Positions 52,991-63,316 are shown, numbered from the stretch's first letter. The stretch is 64,000 bases of DNA from Vicinamibacterales bacterium (GCA_965217045.1 OZ244228.1:507914-571913), one strand, 5' to 3'. Numbers and translations: made by a program. The notes: a model not told the origin generated them from the sequence alone.

Positions 52991-53878
52991 TTACATGAAC
53001 TCGCGGATCAGCCCGCTGCGAGTCTCGGGAGCGATCGTGTAGCTCTGGTGCACGAGCGCCTCGCCGCCCAGGGCCGGGTCCAGCTTGTCGATCGACGGCC
53101 GTGGGTCGGGGTTGCGGTAGATCAGGCCGATCGGGATCCGCTCACCCCACTCGAGCGCCCTGTCCATCGCGCCGTGGAAGCTCGTCGGGTCGTGATCGGT
53201 CTCTTCCACCTTGTAGACGCGCTCGCGGAACCAGGGATAGGTTTGCACCTTGTTGAAGGTGACGCACGGGCTGAACACGTCGATCAGCGCGAAGCCCTTG
53301 TGCTCGATGCCCTGCCTGTAGAGCTCCGTGAGGTGCTTGGGCTGGCCGCTGAAGCCGCGGGCAACGAAGCCGCAGCCCGAGGCCAGGGCCAGGGCGAGCG
53401 GGTTGAGCATCCCTTCGAGGTTGCCCAGCGGCGTCGTCTTGGTCTTCATCCCGGTCTCGCTCGTCGGGGAGACCTGGCCGGTCGTCAAGCCGTAGATCTC
53501 GTTGTTCATCACGATGTACGTCACGTCGATGTTGCGACGCATCGCCTGAATGAAATGATTCAGCCCGATGCCGTAGCCGTCACCGTCGCCGCCCGTCGCG
53601 ATCACGGTCATCGAGGTGTTGGCCAGCTTGGCGCCGGTGGCGAACGGCAGCGCCCGCCCGTGCAGGCTGTGCACGCCGTAGGAACGGAAGAATCCGGGCA
53701 GGTTCGACGAGCAGCCGATGCCGGATACCATCAGCACCTGCGACGGCTCGAGCGCCAGGTCGGCGCAGACCTGGAACAGACCGTTCAGCACGCCGAAGTC
53801 GCCGCACCCCGGACACCAGTCGGGCGGAATCTCCGGCTTGAAATCCTTGGCTTCGAGTACGGGAGCTGCCATGGCCAT
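52991..53878 (-). CDS. korB: 2-oxoacid:ferredoxin oxidoreductase beta subunit
   Basis: WCPGCGD, SGIGCSS, LHGRALP, GGDGDG, MNN.IYGLT.GQ.SPT, SPCVTFN. Confidence 0.93.
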   Translation of the reverse strand: MAMAAPVLEAKDFKPEIPPDWCPGCGDFGVLNGLFQVCADLALEPSQVLMVSGIGCSSNLPGFFRSYGVHSLHGRALPFATGAKLANTSMTVIATGGDGDGYGIGLNHFIQAMRRNIDVTYIVMNNEIYGLTTGQVSPTSETGMKTKTTPLGNLEGMLNPLALALASGCGFVARGFSGQPKHLTELYRQGIEHKGFALIDVFSPCVTFNKVQTYPWFRERVYKVEETDHDPTSFHGAMDRALEWGERIPIGLIYRNPDPRPSIDKLDPALGGEALVHQSYTIAPETRSGLIREFM

Positions 53879-53918
53879 GTGTCTGCGTCTCCTGTGCCTG
53901 TCTCGGGCGCGCCCGCGA

Positions 53919-55775
53919 TCAGGCGAGTGCCTTCGATTCGCTGTCGATCCGGAGGCCAGCCCACGGTCCGGTCGTCCCGGTCGGATGGTCCGTCCGCCAG
54001 CCCCGCTCCGAGGACAGCACGTCGACGACCTTCGCACCCGCGAGGATGTCCTTCACGCCGGCCACGATGTGCTTCGGCTCGAACGGCTCGCCGTCGTACT
54101 TGCGAATGTGCCCGTGCGCGACGATGCCGGTCTCCGCGCGCAGGTGACGGGCGAACTGTCCGCTCTGGTTGTTCTCCACCATGATGATGCGCGTGCTCGC
54201 ACCGAGGATGGCGGTGATCTCGTCGACGTGCAGGGGGACCAGGAACTTGATGTGCAGGTGATTGGTCGTGATGCCTTCCTGCCGGAGCCGCTCGGCGGCC
54301 TCGACGATGGTGCCCCAGGTCGAGCCCCAGCCGACGAGCGTCACCTCCGCGGCGGCCGGACCGTCCAGCTCCGGCGCGGGCAGGTAGCGGGTCACCGTCT
54401 CCATCTTGCGGACCCGCTTGTCGACCATCTTCTTGCGCCGAACCGGATCGGTGAAGACGTCGCTGAGCAGCACGCCGTCTTCGTCGTGCTCGTCCGTCCC
54501 CGATACGTACAGATGGTTCCTGAGACCCGGCAGGGCGCGCGGCGAGATTCCCGAGGCGGTGTTCCGGTAGCGCAGATAGGGCTCGTCGCTGCCGGTCGGC
54601 TCGGTGATCATCTCGCCGCGGTCAATCGGGAAGTCGACGTCGAGCAGCGCCGGATCGACCGTCTCGCTGCCCTCGCACATGAGCAGATCCGAGAGGATGA
54701 TGACCGGAATCTGATACCGCTCCGCCACGTTGAACGCCTGGTGGGGCGTGTTGAAGCAGTCCGTCATGCTGGTCGGCGCGATGATGACCCGCTGGAAGTC
54801 GCCCTGGCTGGCGCCGAACGCCTGATTGAGATCGGCCTGCTCGGTCTTCGTCGGCACGCCGGTGGAGGGGCCGGCCCGCATCACGTTGATGGCGACGACC
54901 GGCGTCTCGATGATGCCGGCCATGCCGATCGCCTCCGTCATCAGCGCGAACCCGCCGCCCGACGTGGCGCACATGCTCCGGACGCCCATGTGGCCGGCGC
55001 CGATCGCCATGTTGATGACCGAGATCTCGTCCTCGACCTGTCGCACGCAGATGCTCAGGGGCTGCGCGTGCGCCGCGAACCACTCCAGGATGTGCGTGGC
55101 CGGGCTCATCGGATACGCGACGTAGAACTTGCAGCCGGCCAGCGCGGCGCCCATCGCGAAGAGGTAGTTGCCCGACGTCTGGGCCCACTTCTGGTCGGTC
55201 GGCTGCAGCTGCGTGGCGAGCGCTCGGAAGTTGGCCTTCGCGTAGTCGTACCCGGCCTGCGCGGCATCGATGTTCGACGCCACCACCGCCGGCTTCTTGG
55301 CGAAAGTCGACTGGAGCACCGACTCCAGGCCGCGGGTCTCGAGCCCCATCAGCTGCATCAGCGCCCCGACCGCCACCGTGTTCTGCATGACCGGCAGCCG
55401 TTGCGATCCCGGCGCCAGTTCCGGCACGGGCAGCGGGCAGAGCTGGACGCCCGGCGGGGGGTCGTAGCTCGGGCTCAGCTTCGCGCCGTTGTACAGCACG
55501 AGGCCGCCGGGCTGCAGCTCCTGCAGGTGGCGATCGAGCGTGTCCTGGTTCAGCGCGACGACGGCATCGACCTGATCGCCGTGGTTCAGCGGCTTCCTGG
55601 CCGAGAACCGGAGCCGCAGCCAGGAGTGCCCGCCGCGGATTACGGACTGATAGCTGTTGTAGCTGTAGGCGGCGAGACCTTGGCGAGCGAGCGAGAGAAC
55701 CAGCGTGTTGCCGGCCGAGGCGACGCCGTCCCCCGCTGCGCCTCCGATGCCGACGATGATTTCCGGTTGCGACAT
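53919..55775 (-). CDS. korA: 2-oxoacid:ferredoxin oxidoreductase alpha subunit (gamma-alpha fusion)
   Basis: IGGAAGDG, IRGGH, YPMSPAT, VEDEI, ATSGGGFALM, R.GPSTG.PT. Confidence 0.93.
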   Translation of the reverse strand: MSQPEIIVGIGGAAGDGVASAGNTLVLSLARQGLAAYSYNSYQSVIRGGHSWLRLRFSARKPLNHGDQVDAVVALNQDTLDRHLQELQPGGLVLYNGAKLSPSYDPPPGVQLCPLPVPELAPGSQRLPVMQNTVAVGALMQLMGLETRGLESVLQSTFAKKPAVVASNIDAAQAGYDYAKANFRALATQLQPTDQKWAQTSGNYLFAMGAALAGCKFYVAYPMSPATHILEWFAAHAQPLSICVRQVEDEISVINMAIGAGHMGVRSMCATSGGGFALMTEAIGMAGIIETPVVAINVMRAGPSTGVPTKTEQADLNQAFGASQGDFQRVIIAPTSMTDCFNTPHQAFNVAERYQIPVIILSDLLMCEGSETVDPALLDVDFPIDRGEMITEPTGSDEPYLRYRNTASGISPRALPGLRNHLYVSGTDEHDEDGVLLSDVFTDPVRRKKMVDKRVRKMETVTRYLPAPELDGPAAAEVTLVGWGSTWGTIVEAAERLRQEGITTNHLHIKFLVPLHVDEITAILGASTRIIMVENNQSGQFARHLRAETGIVAHGHIRKYDGEPFEPKHIVAGVKDILAGAKVVDVLSSERGWRTDHPTGTTGPWAGLRIDSESKALA

Positions 55776-55974
55776 GGTGACCTCGCGATAGCGCGTGGAT
55801 GTGCCCCGCGCGGCCGGTGCCGCGTGGCGGGTGTGCCCGCCATTATAGGCATTCCGTCCGCAAGCGCGCCAGAGCGTGCTGGTGCCGGCGCTACGGTGCT
55901 CCGGGCTTCATGAGCCGGACTTGTAGTACCTTGGTCTGCTTGGAGTGCGGCCGGGGCTCGCGAGCAGACAAGGG

Positions 55975-57399
55975 ATGTCGGAACCGACGCGCGTCGCGGT
56001 GATCGGCGCCGGTCCGGGCGGCTACGCTGCGGCGTTTCACGCCGCCGATCTCGGCATGCGCGTGAGCCTCGTCGACGAGGCTCCGCGGCCGGGCGGCGTC
56101 TGCCTGCACCGGGGCTGCATGCCGTCGAAGGCGCTGCTGCACGTCGCCCGCGTGCTGGGGGAGGCCCGCAGCGCCAGTGCCTGGGGAGTGGCCTTCGGCG
56201 AGCCGCGCATCGATCTGGCGCGCCTGCGCGCGTGGAAGGACGGCGTGGTCGACACGCTGACCGGCGGGCTGGCCCAGCTGTCGCGGCAGCGCGCCGTCGA
56301 CTACGTCCAGGGCCGCGCGGCGCTGGTCGACGCGCACACGATCCGGGTCGCCAGGCCGGACGGCGCGACGGATACGGTGCCGTTCGACTTTGCCGTCCTG
56401 GCCACCGGGTCCTGTCCGGCGCGGCCGCCCGCGCTGGCGGTCGCCGCCGAGCGCGTGCTGGACTCGACGGCGGCGCTCGAACTGCGGCGCGTGCCCCGGA
56501 CGCTCCTGGTCGTCGGGGGCGGCTATATCGGGCTCGAGCTGGGCACCGTGTACGCGGCGCTCGGGTCGGCGGTCACGGTGGCGGAGATGACCTCCGGGCT
56601 GCTGCCGGGCGTCGACCGCGACCTCGTGGCCGTCCTCGCCCGCCGGCTGCGCGAGTGCACGGCGGCGATTCATCTGGACACGAAGGTGTCGGAGCTGAAC
56701 CCGGTCGAGGACGGCGTGGAGGTCGTCCTCGACGGACCGGACGTCGAGACGCCGCGTCAGGTGTTCGACACCGTCTTGGTGGCGGTCGGGCGCGTGCCGA
56801 ATTCGCGCATCGACGGGCTCGAGCGGACGGCGGTCGTCCTCGACGAGCAGGGCTTCGTGCAGGTCGACGCCCAGCGCCGGACGGCCGAGCCGTCGTTGTT
56901 CGCCATCGGCGACCTGGCCGGCGAGCCGCTGCTCGCGCACAAGGCGATGCACGAAGGACGCGTCGCGGTGGAGGCAATCGCCGGGCGCGCGGCGGCGTTC
57001 GAGCCCGCCGCGATTCCGGCCGTCGTCTTCACCGACCCGGAGGTCGCGTGGTGCGGCTTGACCGAAACGCAGGCGGCTCGCGACGGGCGCCCCGTGGAAG
57101 TGTCGCGTTTTCCGTGGGCCGCCTCCGGCCGCGCCGCCACGCTGGACCGGCCGGGCGGACTGACGAAGCTGGTGATCGACCCTGACACCGAGCAGGTCGT
57201 CGGCGTCGGGATTGCCGGTGCCGGCGCCGGCGAGCTGATCGCCGAGGGGGTGCTCGCCGTCGAGATGGGTGCGACGGCCGGGGACCTGCAGTTGACGATT
57301 CATCCCCATCCGACCCTGTCCGAAACCGTGTCGGAGGCCGCCGAGGTCGCTCTCGGGCAGAGCACGCACGTCTACCGTCCGAAGCGGCGTCCCGCATGA
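55975..57399 (+). CDS. lpdA: Dihydrolipoyl dehydrogenase
   Basis: IGAGPGGY, GGVCLHRGCMPSK redox disulfide, GGGYIGLE, HPHPTLSE. Confidence 0.93.
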   Translation: MSEPTRVAVIGAGPGGYAAAFHAADLGMRVSLVDEAPRPGGVCLHRGCMPSKALLHVARVLGEARSASAWGVAFGEPRIDLARLRAWKDGVVDTLTGGLAQLSRQRAVDYVQGRAALVDAHTIRVARPDGATDTVPFDFAVLATGSCPARPPALAVAAERVLDSTAALELRRVPRTLLVVGGGYIGLELGTVYAALGSAVTVAEMTSGLLPGVDRDLVAVLARRLRECTAAIHLDTKVSELNPVEDGVEVVLDGPDVETPRQVFDTVLVAVGRVPNSRIDGLERTAVVLDEQGFVQVDAQRRTAEPSLFAIGDLAGEPLLAHKAMHEGRVAVEAIAGRAAAFEPAAIPAVVFTDPEVAWCGLTETQAARDGRPVEVSRFPWAASGRAATLDRPGGLTKLVIDPDTEQVVGVGIAGAGAGELIAEGVLAVEMGATAGDLQLTIHPHPTLSETVSEAAEVALGQSTHVYRPKRRPA

Positions 57400-57415
57400 G
57401 GGGCCGCCGCCCGGA

Positions 57416-58099
57416 TCACGACGCGGCCAGACGTCGGGCCTTCTCGAATACGGCGGCCAGCATGTCCGGCGTCAGCCGGCCGGTGTTGGTGTTCTGCCGG
57501 CTCGGATGGTACGACGCGACGAGCGAGCTGACCCCGGCGGCCTGGAAGACGAGCCCGTGCGCGAAGCGCGGCCGCGGCCGTGGCCGCCGCGCGGGACCGG
57601 CGACAACGCGCCAGTACGCATCGAACGCGATCTTCCCCAGCGCCACGATGACGCGCAGGTTGGTGAGCGCCCGCAACTCGGCCTCGATGTGCGGCAGGCA
57701 GTTGGCGATCTCCGCGGGCGTCGGCCGGTTCCCGGGCGGCGCACAGCGCACGACCGCCGCGATGTAGGCGTCCGTCAGGGCGAGCCCATCGCCCCGGGCG
57801 CGCGAGGCGGCGATGTTGGCGAAGCCGGCTCCGTGCATCGCCCGCATCAGAAAGTCCGCGGATCCGTCGCCGGTGAACACCCGTCCGGTGCGGTTCGCGC
57901 CGTGGGCGGCGGGCGCCAGTCCGAGCACCAGCACGCGGGCCCGCCGATCGCCGAAGCCCGGCACCGGTCGGCCCCAGTACGGTTGATCCCGATACGCCGC
58001 GCGCTTGTCCCGTGCGACCCGGGCGCAGTGCGCCCGCAGCCGCGGGCAGCGTTCGCAGGCGATGATCTGCCGGCGGATCGCGACCAGGGAGGTGGTCAT
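57416..58099 (-). CDS. Uracil-DNA glycosylase (family 5-like, Fe-S)
   Basis: CERCPRL, GLAPAAHGANRTGRVFTGD, VRCAPP.N.P, SYHPSRQNT. Confidence 0.9.
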   Translation of the reverse strand: MTTSLVAIRRQIIACERCPRLRAHCARVARDKRAAYRDQPYWGRPVPGFGDRRARVLVLGLAPAAHGANRTGRVFTGDGSADFLMRAMHGAGFANIAASRARGDGLALTDAYIAAVVRCAPPGNRPTPAEIANCLPHIEAELRALTNLRVIVALGKIAFDAYWRVVAGPARRPRPRPRFAHGLVFQAAGVSSLVASYHPSRQNTNTGRLTPDMLAAVFEKARRLAAS

Positions 58100-59055
58100 C
58101 GCCCCCGGGCGTTGTCGAAGGCGTCGGTCTGCTCGCGGGCGTGGTACGAGCTGCGGACCAGCGGGCCGGCTTCCACGTGCGCGAACCCGAGCTCGACCGC
58201 CGCAGCGCGGAGCTTGCCGAACTCGGCCGGCGTGTAGTAGCGGTCGACCGGCAGGTGGGCGCTCGACGGACGCAGGTACTGGCCAATCGTCAGCAGCTCG
58301 CAGCCCGCGCGCCGCAGGTCCGCGAGCGTGTCGAGCACCTCCGGCCAACGTTCGCCGAGTCCGACCATGAGACCGGACTTCCTCGGGATGTCGGGCGCGC
58401 AACGGCCGGCCCGGGCAATCAGCTCCAGGGCGCGGGCGTAGCGCCCGCCGGGACGGGCGACCCGGTACAGTCGCTCGACCGTCTCGATGTTGTGGTTCAG
58501 GACGTCCGGCCGGGCGTCGAGAACCGTCTGGAGGTCGGCGGCGCGCCCCGCGAAGTCGGGGATCAGCACCTCGACGCGACAGGCCGGGGCCTGGCCGCGG
58601 ATCGCCTGGATCGTGCGGGCGAAGGCGGACGCGCCGCCGTCGGGGAGATCGTCCCGGTCGACCGAGGTCACGACCACGTGGCGCAGCCCCAGGTGCGCGA
58701 CGGCCGCGGCCAGTCGCCCTGCCTCGGCCGCATCGACCGGCCCGGGCCGCCCGTGGACCACGTTGCAGTAGCCGCACGAGCGCGTGCACACGTCGCCGAG
58801 GATCATGAATGTCGCGGTACCGCCGTCCCAGCATTCTCCGATGTTCGGACAGGCGGCTTCCTCGCAGACCGTGTGCAGCGCCAGCTCTCGCATGAGCCGC
58901 TTGAGCTCGATGTACCGCGGGCTGCCGGGGGCTCGCACGCGGAGCCAGCGGGGCTTCGGCTGCCTGGCCTGGGCCGCGAGGGGCTTCCGTCCCCGGATCA
59001 GTCCGATCGGAATGGGGGTGCTCGTCGCCACGGCCGCAGGCAATGTTATCGTCAT
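58096..59055 (-). CDS. lipA: Lipoyl synthase
   Basis: CEEAACPNIGEC, CTRSCGYC, TSVDRDDL, HNIETV, GQYLRPS, VRSSY. Confidence 0.96.
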   Translation of the reverse strand: MTITLPAAVATSTPIPIGLIRGRKPLAAQARQPKPRWLRVRAPGSPRYIELKRLMRELALHTVCEEAACPNIGECWDGGTATFMILGDVCTRSCGYCNVVHGRPGPVDAAEAGRLAAAVAHLGLRHVVVTSVDRDDLPDGGASAFARTIQAIRGQAPACRVEVLIPDFAGRAADLQTVLDARPDVLNHNIETVERLYRVARPGGRYARALELIARAGRCAPDIPRKSGLMVGLGERWPEVLDTLADLRRAGCELLTIGQYLRPSSAHLPVDRYYTPAEFGKLRAAAVELGFAHVEAGPLVRSSYHAREQTDAFDNARGR

Positions 59056-59090
59056 TGCGGCCGGGACCGGAAGCCTTGTGGCGCCAGCCC

Positions 59091-59797
59091 ATGGACCAGC
59101 GACTCGCCATCACCTGGATCGGGCACGGGACGTTCCTGCTGACGTCCCCGGGTGGGAAACGCATCCTGCATTGATCCCTGGCTCGAAGGCAATCCGGCCT
59201 GCCCCGCCGAGTGGCGACGGATACGTCAGGCCGACCTGATTCTCGTCACGCACGGCCACTTCGACCACGTCGGAGACCTCCTCCAGGCAGCCCGGGACAC
59301 CGGGGCTCCGGTGGTGGCGAACGTCGAGATCTGCCGCTGGCTCGAAACCTGGGGGGTGCGGCATCTGCTGCCGATGAACAAGGGCGGCCTGCTGGCGGTC
59401 GACGGCCTGCGGGTGAGCATGGTGCCGGCCGAGCACAGCAGCAGCCTGGTCGAGGACGGTCTGCCGGTCTACATGTGGAGAGGCAGTGGGGTACGTGCTG
59501 CGGTTCGAGGACGGCCTGTGCGCGTACTTCGCCGGCGACACGGCCGTGTTCGGCGACATGCGCCTGATACGCTGGATGCATGCGCCCGACTTGGCCTTCC
59601 TGCCGATCGGCGACCGCTATACGATGGGGCCGGACGCCGCGGCCGTCGCCTGCGAACTGCTGGGCGTGCGGCGGGTGGTGCCGATGCACTACGGCACGTT
59701 TCCGGAGCTGACGGGCACGCCGGACCGTCTCCGCCGGCTCGTCGAGCCGGCGGGAGTCACGGTGATCGAGCTGCGGCCCGGCGAGACCGCGGGCTAG
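59091..59797 (+). CDS. Metallo-beta-lactamase-fold hydrolase (two apparent single-base indels, ~59170 and ~59473)
   Basis: WIGHG, IDPW, THGHFDH, AEHSS, YFAGDT, LPIGD.YTM, PMHYGTF. Confidence 0.85.
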
Positions 59798-59980
59798 CAG
59801 CCCGTGGTGAAACCCCGCGTCGCACACGAGACGCGGTCGTGACAATGCCGCGCACGGCCAGAACAAGGCGTGACGAGGGAGCATATTGGCCATATTCGAC
59901 CCCGCTGAGGAATGGTCCAGCGCGGTCCTTTACGGGATGCATCGCCCGTCGAATGCAGCGGGGCCTTTTGCCACGGGCTG
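59798..59980. mobile_element. 183-bp MITE-like element
   Basis: Perfect 10-bp IRs CAGCCCGTGG / CCACGGGCTG; flanks CTAG / CCAG; no transposase. Confidence 0.75.
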
Positions 59981-60132
59981 CCAGGCGCCCGCGCCGGAGC
60001 ACGGCGCGGACGCCTGGCGGGTTGGTTGGGCGGCAAGCGGAGCCGCAGGCGACGATTTCCGGGCCGGGAGTCCGTGGTGAGACCGCCGGGTCGCACCTCA
60101 GATTGCCGCGGGTTCGTGGTGAGAGCCCGCGC

Positions 60133-60162
60133 TTGCACGGGTTCGCGGGGCCGGTGTATGCT
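60133..60162 (+). promoter_or_regulatory. Putative sigma70 promoter
   Basis: TTGCAC-N18-TATGCT in the intergenic region upstream of the ferredoxin. Confidence 0.45.
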
Positions 60163-60171
60163 GGGCACCGG

Positions 60172-60328
60172 CCAGCACCTGATTCACCCGGTGGAACGGG
60201 TGCATGGTCGTGAATCGGTCATCGGGCCCCGCCTAAGGTTCACTTCGGTCGTTACGGCCCAGGCGGTCCGTGAGCGTTGCGCGCCCGACCCGCGGATAGA
60301 AGGGCCGTTGGCCGGGACAGGGGGCTGG
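60172..60328 (+). ncRNA. Candidate structured RNA (rod with central bubble; 6S-like or leader)
   Basis: Hand-found nested pairings CCAGC/GCTGG, CCTG/CAGG, CCCGG/CCGGG, AACGG/CCGTT, CGGGC/GCCCG, CCGCCT/AGGCGG. Confidence 0.35.
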
Positions 60329-60353
60329 TAGGGTTCGTGAGACGGAGGACGTA

Positions 60354-60617
60354 ATGGCGTACACAATCTGCGAGCCGTGCATCGGTACCAAGGACACTGC
60401 GTGCGTGGACGTATGCCCGGTCGATTGCATCCACCCGCGCAAGGATGAAGAAGCGTTCGAGGCGGCCGAGAAACTCTACATCCATCCGGACGAGTGCATC
60501 GATTGCGGCGCGTGCGTCCCGGCGTGTCCGGTCGAGGCGATCTTCGCGAACGACGAAGTGCCCGACGAGTGGAAGAACTACATCGACGTCGACGCGGAAT
60601 ACTACGTGGATAAGTAG
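60354..60617 (+). CDS. Ferredoxin (FdxA-like, two Fe-S clusters)
   Basis: C..C.....AC..VCPVDCI and [12 protein letters not shown]. Confidence 0.93.
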   Translation: MAYTICEPCIGTKDTACVDVCPVDCIHPRKDEEAFEAAEKLYIHPDECIDCGACVPACPVEAIFANDEVPDEWKNYIDVDAEYYVDK

Positions 60618-60682
60618 CAGGCGGCACGGCGGCGGCCGGGTGCTTCCGCTCCCGGTCTTGCAGTTGCACGCGGGGGTCTGCG

Positions 60683-61219
60683 ATGGGGCTGATTGATCAC
60701 CGGTTCTCGGACAACTTCATCACGACGAACGTGGACCAGGTGTTCAACTGGGCGCGGCAGTCGTCGCTGTGGCCGATGGGGTTCGGGTTGGCGTGCTGCG
60801 CAATCGAGATGATTGCGTCCTCGACCTCGCGCTACGACATCGCCCGTTTCGGCGCCGAGGTGTTCCGTGCATCGCCGCGACAGGCGGATCTGATGATCGT
60901 CGCCGGCACCGTCACCAAGAAGATGGCGCCCGTGCTGCGGCGGCTGTACGATCAGATGCCCGAGCCCAAGTGGGTCATTTCGATGGGCAGTTGCTCGAAC
61001 GCCGGCGGGCCGTTTCCGACCTACAGCGTGCTGCAGGGCGTGGATAAGATCGTCCCCGTCGACGTGTACGTCTCGGGTTGTCCGCCCCGTCCGGAGGCTT
61101 TGCTGTACGGGCTCATGCGGCTGCAGGACAAGATCCGCAAGGAGAGCACAGTGCTGCGGCAGGAACGCGTCATCATGGCGGGGCAAACGGAACCGGTCAT
61201 GGTTGCGGATCGGGGGTAG
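60683..61219 (+). CDS. nuoB: NADH-quinone oxidoreductase subunit B
   Basis: [40 protein letters not shown]. Confidence 0.95.
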   Translation: MGLIDHRFSDNFITTNVDQVFNWARQSSLWPMGFGLACCAIEMIASSTSRYDIARFGAEVFRASPRQADLMIVAGTVTKKMAPVLRRLYDQMPEPKWVISMGSCSNAGGPFPTYSVLQGVDKIVPVDVYVSGCPPRPEALLYGLMRLQDKIRKESTVLRQERVIMAGQTEPVMVADRG

Positions 61220-61222
61220 GGC

Positions 61223-61693
61223 GTGCAGTCACTGACCAGGCTATTCCAGCGCATCTTCCTGATCGACCTGCTGAAGGGGCTCTTCGTCACCCTCAAGTAC
61301 ACGTCGCGGCCGGCCTTCACCTTCCAGTATCCGGCCGAGCGCCGGCCGGTCGCTCCCCGTTTTCGCGGTGTGCTCCGCCTGCAGGTCGAGCCCGAGACCG
61401 GCGCGCAGACATGCATCGTGTGCGATCAGTGCGCCAAGGTCTGCCCCGACGACCTGATCGACTTGGGTGGACACCGGGAGCCCGGACACAAGATCAAGGT
61501 CCTCGACTACTTCGACTTCAACCTGTCCCGGTGCAGCTTCTGCGGGTTGTGCGCGGAGGTCTGCCCGACCAAGCCGGTCAAGGCGCTCATCATGAGCGAA
61601 GACTACGAGCTGGGTACCTACAGCCGTCGTTCGCAGATTCTGCGTGTCGACGAGATGTACGACGGGGTGCCGATTCAGCAGTACAATCGGTAA
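61223..61693 (+). CDS. nuoI: NADH-quinone oxidoreductase subunit I
   Basis: T.QYP.E, FRG, CIVCDQCAKVCP, CSFCGLCAEVCP; GTG start. Confidence 0.9.
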   Translation: MQSLTRLFQRIFLIDLLKGLFVTLKYTSRPAFTFQYPAERRPVAPRFRGVLRLQVEPETGAQTCIVCDQCAKVCPDDLIDLGGHREPGHKIKVLDYFDFNLSRCSFCGLCAEVCPTKPVKALIMSEDYELGTYSRRSQILRVDEMYDGVPIQQYNR

Positions 61694-61756
61694 CCGCCTG
61701 CCGCCGGGACTAGCGGCGGAAGCGGTTCTACTTGCCGTCGCCGCAGGGTTGGACAT

Positions 61757-63292
61757 ATGCCGTTCACGGGAAGCCGTCGGCGAATCGGTGCTCGCGGATA
61801 TCTATGCGTGCTCGCGCTCGCGGCCGTGCTGTCGGCAGCGGCCGGGGCGAGCTCCACACCCGACTCCGCGCGCAGCGAACTGCAGTTGGAGCTTGCGGAC
61901 CTGCTCCTCGGCGACGAGCGCTACTGGGAAGCGCTCGTCGCGTACGAGCGGGCCAAGGCCGGCGCCACGCCGGCCCAGACGCTGCGCGCCTCGGTCGGCC
62001 TGCTCCGCTCGCTCCTCTATGTCGCCGAGTTCAGCCGCGCACATCAGGAGGCGCTCTTCCTGGGCGGGTTGGGCTCGCCCGATCCCGAGATCCGCTCGCT
62101 GCAGGCCGATGCGTTCTGGGCATATGGACTGTTTGACGAGGCTGGGGAGATGTATCGCGACATCCTGGCCGAGCACCCGGCGAGCCGCGCGGCGCGGCAC
62201 GGCGTGGCCCGCAACCTGGCGGCGCGGAACCGACTCGAGGAGGCCCTGGTCGAGGCTCGGGCCGCGATTGGGGCGGGCACGGCGCGCGGCGAGTTCTACC
62301 ACACCCTGGGGTCGATCTACCGCCGGCTCCGCAGGTACCCGGAGGCGGGCGATGCGCTGGAGCAGTACGTCGAGCGGCTCCCCAACGTGAGGCGTGACCG
62401 GCGCACCGAGTGGGCAAGGTCCGAGGTGCTGCTGCTCCGGTCTTTCGGGGACCGCGTACCGTTCGAGATCGCGACGGATTCCGAGCGGCTGCACACCATT
62501 CCATTCCGCCTGGAGCAGGACAAGGTCGTCGTGCGCGGCCGTGTCAACGGTGGCGAGGTGCTCGATCTCGTGGTCGACACCGGGGCCGAGCAGATGGTGC
62601 TGTCGCAACAGACGGCCGAGCGGATGGGCGTGTCGGCGGTCACCACGACGATCAGCGCCGGCGTCGGGGAGGTCGGCGTGCGGGGACTGGAGATAGGGCG
62701 TGTCGACGCACTCGAGATCGGCTCGCTGGAAGTCCGCAATCTGCCGGCCATCATCAAGAACCCGCCGCTCACTGATCTCCCGGTCCGCCGCGTCCGTGAC
62801 AGCATCTCCCCGGTTGCGCTCGGGTTGTCTGCTGAGCTCGACTACGAGATCCGGCAACTGACGCTCGCCCGGCGGCTGCCCGACCGTCCGGCGGACATCG
62901 AGCTGCCACTGCGCATCAACCGTCTGGCGCTGGTGCGGGGTGTGGTCAACGAGGAGTTTCCGCGGAGCTTCGTGGTCGATACGGGCGGGGAAGCGGTCTC
63001 GCTCAGCATCGGCACGGTCGGGAGCATCGGCCTGACGCCGCCGCGTCACATCCCGCTGCAGGTCTTCGGCACGTCGGGCTGGGACAAGGACGCGTTCCTG
63101 CTGCCTGGCGTGCGGCTGGCTTTCAGTGACCAGATCCGGTACGACAACCTGGCGGTCATCGTGCTCAACCTGCACCGGCCGAGCGCCCTGCTCGGCTTCC
63201 ACATCGGCGGGATCGTCGGTCACACGTTCCTGCGCAACTACCGGGTCACGCTCGACATGGAGCGTGCGCTGCTGCGGCTCACGCGCCTGTAG
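61757..63292 (+). CDS. Secreted TPR-repeat protein with two retropepsin-like aspartyl protease domains
   Basis: N-terminal TPR helices; two VVDTG motifs; GGIVG near the C-terminus. Confidence 0.82.
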   Translation: MPFTGSRRRIGARGYLCVLALAAVLSAAAGASSTPDSARSELQLELADLLLGDERYWEALVAYERAKAGATPAQTLRASVGLLRSLLYVAEFSRAHQEALFLGGLGSPDPEIRSLQADAFWAYGLFDEAGEMYRDILAEHPASRAARHGVARNLAARNRLEEALVEARAAIGAGTARGEFYHTLGSIYRRLRRYPEAGDALEQYVERLPNVRRDRRTEWARSEVLLLRSFGDRVPFEIATDSERLHTIPFRLEQDKVVVRGRVNGGEVLDLVVDTGAEQMVLSQQTAERMGVSAVTTTISAGVGEVGVRGLEIGRVDALEIGSLEVRNLPAIIKNPPLTDLPVRRVRDSISPVALGLSAELDYEIRQLTLARRLPDRPADIELPLRINRLALVRGVVNEEFPRSFVVDTGGEAVSLSIGTVGSIGLTPPRHIPLQVFGTSGWDKDAFLLPGVRLAFSDQIRYDNLAVIVLNLHRPSALLGFHIGGIVGHTFLRNYRVTLDMERALLRLTRL

Positions 63293-63316
63293 GCTGCAGC
63301 GCAGCGGCAGTCCGCC

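Noticed and set aside
59091-59797. Frameshifts in core genes (hydrolase, nucleoside symporter) as programmed recoding or genome decay
   Set aside because: Single-base indels without slippery motifs, in a window with other error signatures; sequencing error is more likely.
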